A DNA stretch of 64,000 bases from Epithemia pelagica (taxonomy: Eukaryota > Protista > Bacillariophyta), in contig OX337230.1 of the NCBI GenBank assembly GCA_946965045.2, forward strand, positions 1,798,001-1,862,000, read 5' to 3'. The notes below the pieces were generated by a model. It was not told the DNA's origin. It did not search any database and saw only the letters and a program-made list of their open reading frames with translations. Within the stretch, counting starts at the first letter, position 1. Every line of letters begins with the position of its first letter. Positions 11,127-20,662 of the stretch are shown here, in pieces. The position numbers were made by a program, and so were the translations under genes.

Positions 11127-12851
11127 TCACATTGCAGAACTGTACCGGAGAAACGGCCCCACAAGCATCGACAGGTCTGCATACATGTGGTCAATGGCCC
11201 CGCCTGGTTTATTGGCTCCTGCTCTCTCCTTTATTCTCCATCGGTTGACAGTTTCAAGGTCTGGCTGCTCGACGCCCACCTCTTTTGCTCTTGTATTCGA
11301 ACCCCGTCTGAAAGATCGGAACACAAAGTATTTTGTGACGATGTCCTCTTCCCCTTTGATGACAGTCAGAGGAAAAAGGTTTTTATCGTTGTCGAAAAGT
11401 TTGCACAAATGTCGATGCAGGATGTCATCCAGCATTCGTGGCGCGATGGGTACACCCTTTCGATCCATCATCAACGGCCCGGTCGTTCGTCCAATGTCCC
11501 GAGACAAGACCATTGCTCTGTTCAACCATTGGCGAACTTTGATTCCACTCCCTGTTACATTGCAGCAGGGGAGGAGATGAGCCCGTTCAGAATGCTCGCC
11601 TTTGAATTGGCCCCAAAGACAAACCACCACGCAATCCCGGTCCTTGTAAAGATCTGCATATCGAGTCATGGCTCCTAAATCAAGGAGCAGCCCTTCCGGC
11701 CCTCTCAAGGACAAAGCGAAAGACACAGCATAAAAGGTTCCCGCCATAACCGTCACAAATGGGTCCGTCACATTGTTTGCGTGCCTCAATTCTTCTTCCA
11801 AGGAACCCAGCAACGCAACAACCAACTCGCTAGATATTGCTTGGTCCGGGCGCCAGTCTTGGCCCATCCGTCGGCGACAACCTTCAACAAATCTTGAAAA
11901 CCATAATGATCCGCTCTCGTCTTGGCCCAACCGAGAGAAGGCTTTCCCATTATTGTCCGTCAAAACCAGGGGTCGATTATCAACCAAAGTGGCCGGTGTT
12001 GCTCTCACGTGATTGGAGTACACCGATCGAAATTTCCGGATGGTGTCAAATTGTTTTCTATCCGTATGATACTTTCCTTCGTCCAACGAACTGTCCAACA
12101 TCAAATATACCACTTGGTACCCACAATGATCGTAACTCGGGAACGGGCCATGGCTCATGAACGGTCCATAAGGGATTCCCACTTTCATTGACTTCTCAAT
12201 CATCTTTTTGGCATTTCTAGTGTTTTGCGCAACCGTGCTTGTTGCCCAACTCCAAAATGCATCGAGATTCATGCGTCTCACACACACCATCAAGTACTTG
12301 TCTTGCACGCTTTTCGGGTCCGGTTCCTCACCTCTCAACTTTCGAAAGATGCACCAATCACACTCGAAAGGGGTCATCAAGTGATCACCCGCTCGTGCAT
12401 GACTATAATCTTCTCGTCGGTCCTTTGTACGCGCTCTCCAAGTGGCTGCTACGATCCGGTCCGCGTCCGACTCTTCCACCATCAAGTTCCTGGAAGCCAC
12501 AAAGAACCGACCCTCATCGTTCGAAGAATAACAACTTGCGCACCATGCGTTTCGACATGGACTGCATTTTCCAACACTGAACGCAAAATTTCCGCAGAAG
12601 ATCCCTTCCACCCACTGGATCTTCTTTCCACAATTTGCGCAATTGGCGGTCCATTGAGAACATTTTTGGGGTGCCCCGCAATTGCCACGGCTGTGCCCTA
12701 ATAAAAGGAAAAACAAGACCAACGATGAGAGGTTCATAATTTCCTTCAGGCCAAAAAGAAGTTCCAGCAGGGATCTCCATAACCAAATCGCATGCCTTGT
12801 GTAACTGCTTATACCATTTCGGAGTAAGCAGACGTTGACAAAGAAAAACAT
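11127..12851 (-). CDS. Tyrosine recombinase (integrase) of copy 1, with a Cys-rich N-terminus
   Basis: Motifs LSLRGPE (R), FKGE (K), RSFRRG, NRWR, HMY (Y). N-terminal CxxC clusters. True start codon uncertain. Confidence 0.9.
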   Translation of the reverse strand: MFFFVNVCLLRNGISSYTRHAIWLWRSLLELLFGLKEIMNLSSLVLFFLLLGHSRGNCGAPQKCSQWTANCANCGKKIQWVEGIFCGNFAFSVGKCSPCRNAWCASCYSSNDEGRFFVASRNLMVEESDADRIVAATWRARTKDRREDYSHARAGDHLMTPFECDWCIFRKLRGEEPDPKSVQDKYLMVCVRRMNLDAFWSWATSTVAQNTRNAKKMIEKSMKVGIPYGPFMSHGPFPSYDHCGYQVVYLMLDSSLDEGKYHTDRKQFDTIRKFRSVYSNHVRATPATLVDNRPLVLTDNNGKAFSRLGQDESGSLWFSRFVEGCRRRMGQDWRPDQAISSELVVALLGSLEEELRHANNVTDPFVTVMAGTFYAVSFALSLRGPEGLLLDLGAMTRYADLYKDRDCVVVCLWGQFKGEHSERAHLLPCCNVTGSGIKVRQWLNRAMVLSRDIGRTTGPLMMDRKGVPIAPRMLDDILHRHLCKLFDNDKNLFPLTVIKGEEDIVTKYFVFRSFRRGSNTRAKEVGVEQPDLETVNRWRIKERAGANKPGGAIDHMYADLSMLVGPFLRYSSAM

Positions 12852-15800
12852 GCATGGAAGATTGTCTTTTGTGACGTGCTTTTCTCAATTCCTCGAGAGC
12901 CACATCAGCTGCTCCTGGAGGCGGAGCCCACACAAAATGTCCTGGCCGAAGGATAGGCAGGGACAGTTTGTTATGTTCTGTTGGGAGGGACCATCCCCGG
13001 ATGTCGTGGCCTGTTGTGAACCAGTCCATGGGGGTTAGTGCTTCTGCTTTGGGTCCCAACCAAGAACGAACCCATTCGAACAGATTCTCGGACATCTGGA
13101 ATGGGGTCTTGTGAAGAGGAATATAGGATAACATGGGAGTCCCCGCCATAACTCCCTCGTTCAATTGCCCTCTAGAAATGCCATCCACTCCCACAGCGAT
13201 CATCCTCTTTCCTGATACGTGGGAGATATGCAGCCGTATTGCATGGCGCATCTCTAGTCGTCGTAGACGGATCACTAGTTCTAGCAGTTTTGGACTTGAT
13301 GATGAGCCCTTGTAGAAACAACGTTCGACGGTTGAGTTGTCTGTGAAGAAGAAGACTTCTGTGTTGTCCAAATGGCCCAAGGACGCTTCTTCCTCCAGCG
13401 ACTCTACACAGTTGGTAAACTCCTTCCAGTTGGAAGATTCACCTACCACGATGTCCTTTCCCCATGCTCCCACTCTATACGACAGTTTCTTTTGAGGGAG
13501 TTGGAAGGCTGCCCCGAATCCACATCCCGAAGCATCGCCACATCCGAATAATGCAACAAAGATGGTGTCCGACCTGACTTGGACCTTGGGAGGATCCTCT
13601 GAACCTAGCATGACCGCAATGGCTCGTACATCGGTTCGCAACCTCGGAACTGCCTTGACCCGTGCTGGAGGAATGTCCTTTTCTTTGTTGGTTGATTCTG
13701 CATGCGAGTCTTCATCTTCATCTGTGTCTAAGAAACCACAAATGGTGTTGATTTCTTCGTCCCCAAACTTTTCTTGTAACTGGGAAAGCCACTCCCTTGT
13801 TGACAGCTTCCATCCCTCGCCATTGCGCCCGGGTCTCCAAACATTCATAGTCAAATAGAAATCCTTTAAGAAGGGCATTAGCGAATTGTAGGTCAGCGCT
13901 TGATGAACGAAGAAGCCCACGTCTCGTTGCATTTGCTTGTGATCGAACGTGGGAGAGTCACTCTTGGTATATGCATCCACGTATTTTTCCAGGAGTTTCT
14001 TGCCCTTGTCCCATTTCTTTTGGGTGAGGGTTTTTGATATGGTCGTGGCTGAGATATGGTGTACACTGCCAGCCCATGCGCCGGGAGTTTTGGAAGGTGG
14101 TCTCCGCTTTCGAGGTGCGTCTTGAATTCCTAGATATTGCAATCTAGCCCCCAGTTGGCGTGCCACCTGCCATGCATGTTCGGCTGAGGAACCGACCGTT
14201 CGCAAGTCGTCCATGTAGGTAACTACATCTCCCGTAATGTTGTCGAGTCGAGAGCTCCACTTCATGACCCAAGGCAAAGTTGGGGTGTAATCGGCGGAGC
14301 CAGGGATGTTGAAGCGAATTGAATCAAAACCACACGGATTGGTTGGATCCTGTGGTGCTCCTTTTGCTATTTCCTCAGCCAGGTAGTATTGGCGGGCGGC
14401 GTGGAACGGACTCGGAAGCATACCCATAAATAAACGATTCCACCGCACCCTACCAGATTCAGGAGAGAGGGCTGTAGCTTCCGGGGTGAGGTGTGACTGG
14501 ACAGGATTCATGTCTACACCAGCATAGGGTCGAAGGTGTACGTCCATGGGGAAATTCAAAAACATTTCCCCCAAATCCATGTCCCCACAGTAGGAATCGG
14601 TGGTCAATAGTCGTAGAGCCGACTCAGACGTTGGTAACCAAAAATTCGGTGCCCACAGAGACTTATTCAACCCGCAGCTTGTGCCATTATAGACCATCCG
14701 AATGTCATTGTCGCCTTTTGGAACAGCGAAATAGTCGGTCATGCTGGAGGGAGGAGAGACACCGTCCAAATAACCACGCTCGAGCACGGTCGATAATTTC
14801 TTGGAAACTTGAGGGAGCATGTCCGCAGGAGGAGCACGCTGACGCCGATGATAAGAAGGAAGAGCATCGGTGACATGGATGGGAGTGCCAAACCAGGCAT
14901 CTGCTTGTTGGGAGAGGCCGTTCCAGCGCCAAAAAATCAACGAAGAACCCGCATCCCAGTCCCACCAGGTGGAACGAAGAAGTTGGGACAAGACACAGCG
15001 GCCAGCGGCTAGCAGGACGGGAAACGAATCGAAATTGAAAGACTCCTCCCCCCCCTGGAGTGGTGAAGAGGCCACTAAGGCTGGCCAATTCGCACCAAAC
15101 CGCAAGCGTAAATAAGCCAAGAAACTCCGCACCAAGGAGCGACGCCACCAAAGCAAAGCCAACAAGCGGAAGCCTGAAAGCGCCGAATCTGTGATCCAAG
15201 GGTAGATGCCCCGAATCCGCCCATCCCAAATCCAAAAAGGGGCCAGGGCGTCGTCTGCTTTAACCGCAATATCCGCAATCTTGGAATCGTCGAGCCACGC
15301 GTCATGAGGGAGAAAAGCGGGCAAGAAGGAAAAGGTGGTACCCAGGACGCCATCTTGGACAGTTTCCGAAAGAGGGGTCAACCAACGGCCGCGTTTGCAG
15401 GGACGAAACGGGGATGAGGGTCCACCATGTTTGTTGCCGGCGGTACTAGTGTGGTGAATCAGAACAGGGTCCAAGTGTGGTAAAGCGGAATTCAACACTA
15501 AAGCTGGGATCTTGATGGGAGTAACTCGCGGATGAATCATGTGGGAGGACCACCAACGAAAAGCAATCGAATCATTGATGACCCAAAGCGGCAAATCGAA
15601 CGCCGTTCCAATTTCTTCATCAGTAAGCGGACGACAACCCCAACCCGTCTTTGAAAAGTGTGTGGACAACCGAATAGACTTGAAAAGAGCACGGGTGTGC
15701 AACTGATCGTCACAGGAGTAATAAGGATCAGGGATAGTGGGCGCCCCACACGGGGAAGGACGGATTGAATGCGAGATGATCGAACCCAGCGTGCGCCGCG

Positions 15801-16440
15801 TGGTGACATGGAAAAACAACGGAGGTATACCACGACGCCCAACGTGGACACGAGCGGTTGTGACACCACCACATTGACGATGGGTGACCGACAACCATTG
15901 GACTTGAGGAAGGGTGGGGCGACTCCATCCCGAAGGAAGCAACAATAAAACAGGCCAACTCGGAGGGACGAAAAGCAAGGAAGACGCGAGGTAATCAGGA
16001 TCGCCTTCCAACAGTACAACCGAAATGATCCCTCGTCCCAGAACAACATCAATGCTTGGGACTAAGTGGAGCTTATCCCCAAAATGAAGCAAAACGGCAC
16101 GCCAAAAGGGGTTCTCTCGTCGTGCTTCATACTCAGCAGCCAACATGTAAATGCCGTGCCAGTCCCCGAGACTGAGACCAAGTCCCCACGAAAGGGATGT
16201 TTGACCAAGGATAAGACACGACAAATCACTTCGGAAGATCCGTGATCCGCGATCAGTAGGACGATGCCTGGAGCGTTTGACCGAAACGACAATGCTAGGG
16301 GGTGGTGAGGCTGGACGTTTGGCACCAACACCACCAGGAGAGCCAGGTCCCAGACTGCTTAAAGATGATGCAATACTACCAGCGTCTAAACCAGAGTCAA
16401 CATACGAAACGTTTTCATCTAGTTTAGGCGCGGCACACCG
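12514..16440 (-). CDS. Pol: MTase-like N-terminal domain, reverse transcriptase, RNase H and Dam-like C-terminal remnant; in frame with gag behind a single TGA
   Basis: Motifs YFAVPKG, DLGEMFLNF, YMDD; RNase H GDASG / NWKE / TDN / VDGISRG; C-terminal WAPPP. Frame is open from 16440. Confidence 0.92.
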   Translation of the reverse strand, partial: RCAAPKLDENVSYVDSGLDAGSIASSLSSLGPGSPGGVGAKRPASPPPSIVVSVKRSRHRPTDRGSRIFRSDLSCLILGQTSLSWGLGLSLGDWHGIYMLAAEYEARRENPFWRAVLLHFGDKLHLVPSIDVVLGRGIISVVLLEGDPDYLASSLLFVPPSWPVLLLLPSGWSRPTLPQVQWLSVTHRQCGGVTTARVHVGRRGIPPLFFHVTTRRTLGSIISHSIRPSPCGAPTIPDPYYSCDDQLHTRALFKSIRLSTHFSKTGWGCRPLTDEEIGTAFDLPLWVINDSIAFRWWSSHMIHPRVTPIKIPALVLNSALPHLDPVLIHHTSTAGNKHGGPSSPFRPCKRGRWLTPLSETVQDGVLGTTFSFLPAFLPHDAWLDDSKIADIAVKADDALAPFWIWDGRIRGIYPWITDSALSGFRLLALLWWRRSLVRSFLAYLRLRFGANWPALVASSPLQGGEESFNFDSFPVLLAAGRCVLSQLLRSTWWDWDAGSSLIFWRWNGLSQQADAWFGTPIHVTDALPSYHRRQRAPPADMLPQVSKKLSTVLERGYLDGVSPPSSMTDYFAVPKGDNDIRMVYNGTSCGLNKSLWAPNFWLPTSESALRLLTTDSYCGDMDLGEMFLNFPMDVHLRPYAGVDMNPVQSHLTPEATALSPESGRVRWNRLFMGMLPSPFHAARQYYLAEEIAKGAPQDPTNPCGFDSIRFNIPGSADYTPTLPWVMKWSSRLDNITGDVVTYMDDLRTVGSSAEHAWQVARQLGARLQYLGIQDAPRKRRPPSKTPGAWAGSVHHISATTISKTLTQKKWDKGKKLLEKYVDAYTKSDSPTFDHKQMQRDVGFFVHQALTYNSLMPFLKDFYLTMNVWRPGRNGEGWKLSTREWLSQLQEKFGDEEINTICGFLDTDEDEDSHAESTNKEKDIPPARVKAVPRLRTDVRAIAVMLGSEDPPKVQVRSDTIFVALFGCGDASGCGFGAAFQLPQKKLSYRVGAWGKDIVVGESSNWKEFTNCVESLEEEASLGHLDNTEVFFFTDNSTVERCFYKGSSSSPKLLELVIRLRRLEMRHAIRLHISHVSGKRMIAVGVDGISRGQLNEGVMAGTPMLSYIPLHKTPFQMSENLFEWVRSWLGPKAEALTPMDWFTTGHDIRGWSLPTEHNKLSLPILRPGHFVWAPPPGAADVALEELRKARHKRQSSMHVFLCQRLLTPKWYKQLHKACDLVMEIPAGTSFWPEGNYEPLIVGLVFPFIRAQPWQLRGTPKMFSMDRQLRKLWKEDPVGGRDLLRKFCVQCWKMQSMSKRMVRKLLFFER

Positions 16441-18897
16441 TCACTTCTTGTCACCGTTGGTAGATCCACCACGACGCTGGGCTTGTTTCTTCAATTCGTT
16501 CACATCCTTTTTGACACTGTCCACAGTGCTGCTGGCCGTGTCGGAAGCTTTCTTGGCTGAGGTAACATCTTTGACCAACTGAGCAGAGGTACGCTTCAAG
16601 GATTCCACTTGATCTTCTAGCGTCTTGAGGGACTCGAAGCCCGAGTTGGTGGAAAGGAAGCGAATGTATTCGCTTGAAACGGACGGATGGTTCTTGAAAC
16701 GAGCTTTGACGTAATCGCTCATAACATCGTGGGTACGAAGAACGCCGTAGAGTATCCATGCGCACTGGCCAGCACTATCAGTGGTCGAAAGGGACGAGTA
16801 GACTTGAGCCCTAACCTTGTATAAGTCCATGAAGAAGCGCCTGACCACTTGGGTAACCAAACTGAAGGCCTTGCGGGTAGTAAACTTCGACTTGATAGTG
16901 AGTTCATTCATGGTTTCATCAAAATAGGTTACCAATTCACGGCAACAACCCACCGAAACAGATAGCATAGATAAAGCTAAGGAACGGGCTTCAGGTTCAT
17001 TGGCCATCGTTGTGGCAATTTGTTCTCCGAACATAGAATTCATGTTGCCTAGACGGTTCAGGATTCGGTCACGAACTCCCGTCTCGGGCGACTCCCAATC
17101 CGAGTACTCTTTCATCGCAGTGAGAAACGAAGGGTCCCGCCCGGTGCCAGGGAAATCTTTGTACAAGAGCTGGGGAAATTCATTCTTCATCGCATAAATC
17201 GCTCGAGCTTCATTTGTTGTCGCGATCTGCATCTTGTGTCGTTTTTCCATGGTAGTCAGCATGGATAAAACATCCCCATTCTCCTGCGGGGCACACCATT
17301 CAAGCACCAAGTTGAGATCAAACAAAAGACCGTACGCTCTTGATCCGAACTTGAGGGCCACCCAGGCTTTGCAGTCATCAACCGTTGCTACGCCGAGATT
17401 TCCGAACTTGATGGTGGAAGTGTCGACCTTGCCCTTGAGACGTTGCATTTCCAAATTGGCATCTCCCAAGAGGGTCCTCAAATTCGCGATTTCCCCTTCA
17501 AGAGCAGTGACTTTGTTTTGAAGGGCTGGTGATCCTGTGTTGGATGTCGTCTGTGTTGCACCAAACATCTGCGGGGAGGTTCCCAGTTGGCTAAGCAAAA
17601 TTTCATGGGACGACATCTTGTTTTCAATGGTCAAGATACGGTTGGTGAGCGTCGTGTTGGATTCAAGGGCCGACAAGCGATCGAGGATTCCTTTGAAGCC
17701 TTGAACGAATTGGTTTCGAAGCTTGTCTACCGAGTTACGAGTCTCAACTTGGGTCGAGGACAACTTCGAAGAGACTTGGCCTTGGATGGTTGAGAAGAAA
17801 GTAGCAACAGAGGACTCAACCGCGGCAAGGCGACTATCCACAGCACGTTGGTGAGATTCAGTCGTCAAGGGAGAGGATTCTTGAATGGAACGAATCATCG
17901 AAGAGATGATTCCCCAGAGGGTCGGGGCTTGGTACTCGTCCGGCAAGTCCTCTCGAGGTCCAATTTCCATGGACAGTTTATCAAATTTGATTCCTAGAGC
18001 TTCAACGGCTGTGCTGTTTTGACGCGAAATGGCTTGTTGTTCCAAGGACAAAGTCTGGATCACTTCTCCTGCTTCCATCACCGAGTCTTCGATTTCGCGA
18101 AGAGTTATCGGAACCAAGGAGGAGTCAACCGTAATCTTCCGAATCACATCCTGCAGATCCCCGTCCAAAATCTTGTGGTGAGGAGAGAAATTCTCGACGA
18201 CGAAGGAGGTGGAGGTAGAGGTAGCTTTCTTGAGTGTAAACGGGGTACGGAGGGAGTCAGCCTTGGAGATTTTATGCTCCGTTTCCTTCAGACTGGCATC
18301 CAGGTGACCTTCTTTCTTAACTTGATTAAGACGTTTCATAGCAACGAATTTCTTCGTCCATTCTTCCATAGTGTGTTTTTCATGCTGGACTTGGTCCAGT
18401 GTCTCCTGAGAGATCTCACTCAACGAGATAACCGGAGTGCAAAAGGCAGAGGCAGGGTTCTTGGTAATGAACAATCCTCCTGAGGGTCCCAAGTCGACGG
18501 GAGCTAGACCAGTTCCATGGTCCCCGGCTTTAGCGCACTTGGGGTCGATGCAAAAGGTTGCCCCGCCGCGCTTGAGACCCAAACACAACAACTTGTCTGC
18601 ACATTCGCTTGCGCGAAGTGCCACGACACCAAACTTACTACCACCGGTAGAGCGTCCAAGGACGGTAGGGTCCATGGTGCTCTCAGGAAACAATGCGGTT
18701 TCCGTGCCTTGAACCATCATCTCATCCGTGGGAGGGTCAGCAGCAAAGGAGATTTGACCGCGATCCCCCCCCAGAGCCGCCGTAGAAGGACGGGCGGCCC
18801 CAGCCGCAGGGGTGTTAGCCACGGAGGCCGAAGCGACGAGCGCAGAGAGGAGCGTATCAGCATCCTGTGCAGGAGGAGGAGGAGGAGGAACCGACAT
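16441..18897 (-). CDS. Gag-like ORF1 (818 aa)
   Basis: First ORF after A1. Poly-Pro start, Cys/His cluster (C..C..C..C..H), long coiled-coil; homologous ORF in copy 2. Confidence 0.85.
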   Translation of the reverse strand: MSVPPPPPPAQDADTLLSALVASASVANTPAAGAARPSTAALGGDRGQISFAADPPTDEMMVQGTETALFPESTMDPTVLGRSTGGSKFGVVALRASECADKLLCLGLKRGGATFCIDPKCAKAGDHGTGLAPVDLGPSGGLFITKNPASAFCTPVISLSEISQETLDQVQHEKHTMEEWTKKFVAMKRLNQVKKEGHLDASLKETEHKISKADSLRTPFTLKKATSTSTSFVVENFSPHHKILDGDLQDVIRKITVDSSLVPITLREIEDSVMEAGEVIQTLSLEQQAISRQNSTAVEALGIKFDKLSMEIGPREDLPDEYQAPTLWGIISSMIRSIQESSPLTTESHQRAVDSRLAAVESSVATFFSTIQGQVSSKLSSTQVETRNSVDKLRNQFVQGFKGILDRLSALESNTTLTNRILTIENKMSSHEILLSQLGTSPQMFGATQTTSNTGSPALQNKVTALEGEIANLRTLLGDANLEMQRLKGKVDTSTIKFGNLGVATVDDCKAWVALKFGSRAYGLLFDLNLVLEWCAPQENGDVLSMLTTMEKRHKMQIATTNEARAIYAMKNEFPQLLYKDFPGTGRDPSFLTAMKEYSDWESPETGVRDRILNRLGNMNSMFGEQIATTMANEPEARSLALSMLSVSVGCCRELVTYFDETMNELTIKSKFTTRKAFSLVTQVVRRFFMDLYKVRAQVYSSLSTTDSAGQCAWILYGVLRTHDVMSDYVKARFKNHPSVSSEYIRFLSTNSGFESLKTLEDQVESLKRTSAQLVKDVTSAKKASDTASSTVDSVKKDVNELKKQAQRRGGSTNGDKK

Positions 18898-18933
18898 GGT
18901 AGAAGGAGTAAGTAAGAGAGCGAAGTGAGCAGA

Positions 18934-19416
18934 GAAAGTTGGAGTTTCAACTCTTTAGAAATCAAGAACGGCGCCAAAGGGGATCAGACCTTCGCCGACG
19001 AACCGTAGAAAACCCAAAGAGTGAGCTCTCCGTGTCCCTCTTGTTTTGTTTGCTGCGTCTTTGCTTGTTTGTCATGGATCGCATGTCGCGCTCCATTAGG
19101 GATCCATTGTTGGCGCATTGTTGTTTGATTCAAGAGTGCCCATGCCTCTTGAATCGGACGATCCTCTATTTGGAGGCAGTCCACTTTGAGATATGGAATG
19201 GAAGAGGCTTTGTCGCAGTAGATGGGATGCACATGTTCTTTTTGGAATTTCCTCTTCCGAGTTGCGCGCCCGTTCTGCCTCATTCTTTGTGTGACAGCGA
19301 GGCCGGCTCTTCTTTTGGGTGGACCGCCCGACTTGCACTCCAACGCCAATGCTCAGACTTCATGACGTGGCCTGACCATGTTCCTTGGTCCCATCTTAAC
19401 TTGGGTGTACATTGAG
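18934..19416 (-). repeat. Split direct repeat A1 (483 bp)
   Basis: Matches A2, and 48560-49042 as reverse complement. Confidence 0.95.
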
Positions 19417-19684
19417 TACTGAATTACAATTACTATACAACGATTCTGTATGAGTATAAGGAACTAGAGTAGTACTCGTAGTGCTTTTCTGTAGTGGCAG
19501 CGCAATTTGATCGGCTTGAGGGCTTATGGTTCTTGATCAGGCCTCATCAGAAATCCGTAGAAATGTTCGATCTGAATTTCGAAAGCCCCCATTCCCCCCA
19601 ATGAGCTACGAATTTGTGTTCACAAGGAAGCTCCTCATTCATGTCCCTCCTCTCCCTCGAGTTTCCCCTTCGATCTTCCAGTAG

Positions 19685-20077
19685 TATTAGTACTTCCCGG
19701 TGTCGAGTGTCGAGTCCTTTCAAGGAGGGACCGCCCGGCGCGGAGGGTAGAATGACGAGGAGGGCAATGGTCGAGGAGGGCGCACGCCCGACAAGACAAT
19801 TGCCCGTCGAGTCATTCTCCCGACAAGCCGGGCGCGCCCGACGCGAGAGGACGGCCAGACACAGGGAAGTAGTAAACTTACTCCCTATCAAGCTGTGTAG
19901 GTAGTGAGAATTTCCTGGAAGCCATGTCACAAAGTGTCACACAAGTGTCACACACGAGAGGGAAAGCGCGCGACTCGCACGAAACTACTTTCCGGTCGTA
20001 CAAAAAATTCCTACTGTAGTATAAAAATGTGAGACGAACTACCTACACAGTCTGGTATGGAGTTAGAGAAACTAGCT
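19685..20077. repeat. Dispersed repeat containing a ~103-nt GC-rich hairpin; homologous to 60755-61147
   Basis: Collinear similarity including CGCCCGGCGCGGAGGGTAGAATGACG...GTCATTCTCCCGACAAGCCGGGCG and GTAGTATAAAAA..GTGAGACGAACTACCT. Confidence 0.8.
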
Positions 20078-20377
20078 TCCATGCAGGGCCTATCAAAACA
20101 TTGATATTTTTGAAGGCAACCAACAAAGAACATAGAACATGTCGTGCTGCTACATCATTGCTTCATGCACACAATAAATAGCACTGCGCTGCTAAGGAGG
20201 GCTCAGGGACACCCGCTATATTTGTAACCATGACCCCACTGGGCTTATTTCTGATTGGTTGAGATGACTGTACCCGATTTTTGTACACTATCAAAAGAGG
20301 AACCGGCACGTGTCTAAAAAATTACTTAAATGTACCAATTATTGAACTTCGGGAAGCCTTGCGCTGAGCTCGCCAAA

Positions 20378-20569
20378 TGTATCGGATTCTGTATCGATGC
20401 ACATACAACTGTATCCAGTCGTGTATCGGGGTTGTATTTAGTTGTATCGGGGGGCTTAGGTACTGTATCGATACAACGGATTTGTAACCGTATTTGTATC
20501 GGGGGACTCGAGTCCTCTGTATCGGGTCTTCCGAATTTGTTGCGATTTGTATCGGCCTGATGTATCGGG
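20378..20569 (+). repeat. Left subterminal TGTATCG(G) array (about 9 copies)
   Basis: Counted by eye. Confidence 0.85.
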
Positions 20570-20581
20570 TTGACGGTCACC

Positions 20582-20662
20582 ATGGAATAAACAGGCGACT
20601 TTTGAAATGAGAGCGATACAAGATGGAATAAACAGGCGACTTTTGAAATGAGAGCGATACAA
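20582..20662 (+). repeat. 41-bp tandem duplication
   Basis: ATGGAATAAACAGGCGACTTTTGAAATGAGAGCGATACAA occurs at 20582 and 20623. Confidence 0.9.

Larger units (their letters stand above)
9719..19416 (-). mobile_element. Tyrosine-recombinase (DIRS-order, Ngaro/PAT-type) retrotransposon with split direct repeats; apparently intact (copy 1)
   Basis: Sense layout A1-gag-pol-YR-B1-A2-spacer-B2. RT YMDD, RNase H and YR motifs present. The AG/CT dinucleotide is shared by both outer junctions and the internal B1/A2 junction. Confidence 0.95.

Noticed and set aside
18984-19349. 121-aa ORF inside repeat A
   Set aside because: Copy 2 has an in-frame stop (TTC TAA) and there are no motifs; likely incidental.
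19520-19560. CTGATGA on the minus strand, suggesting a hammerhead ribozyme
   Set aside because: No GAAA core follows a plausible stem II.
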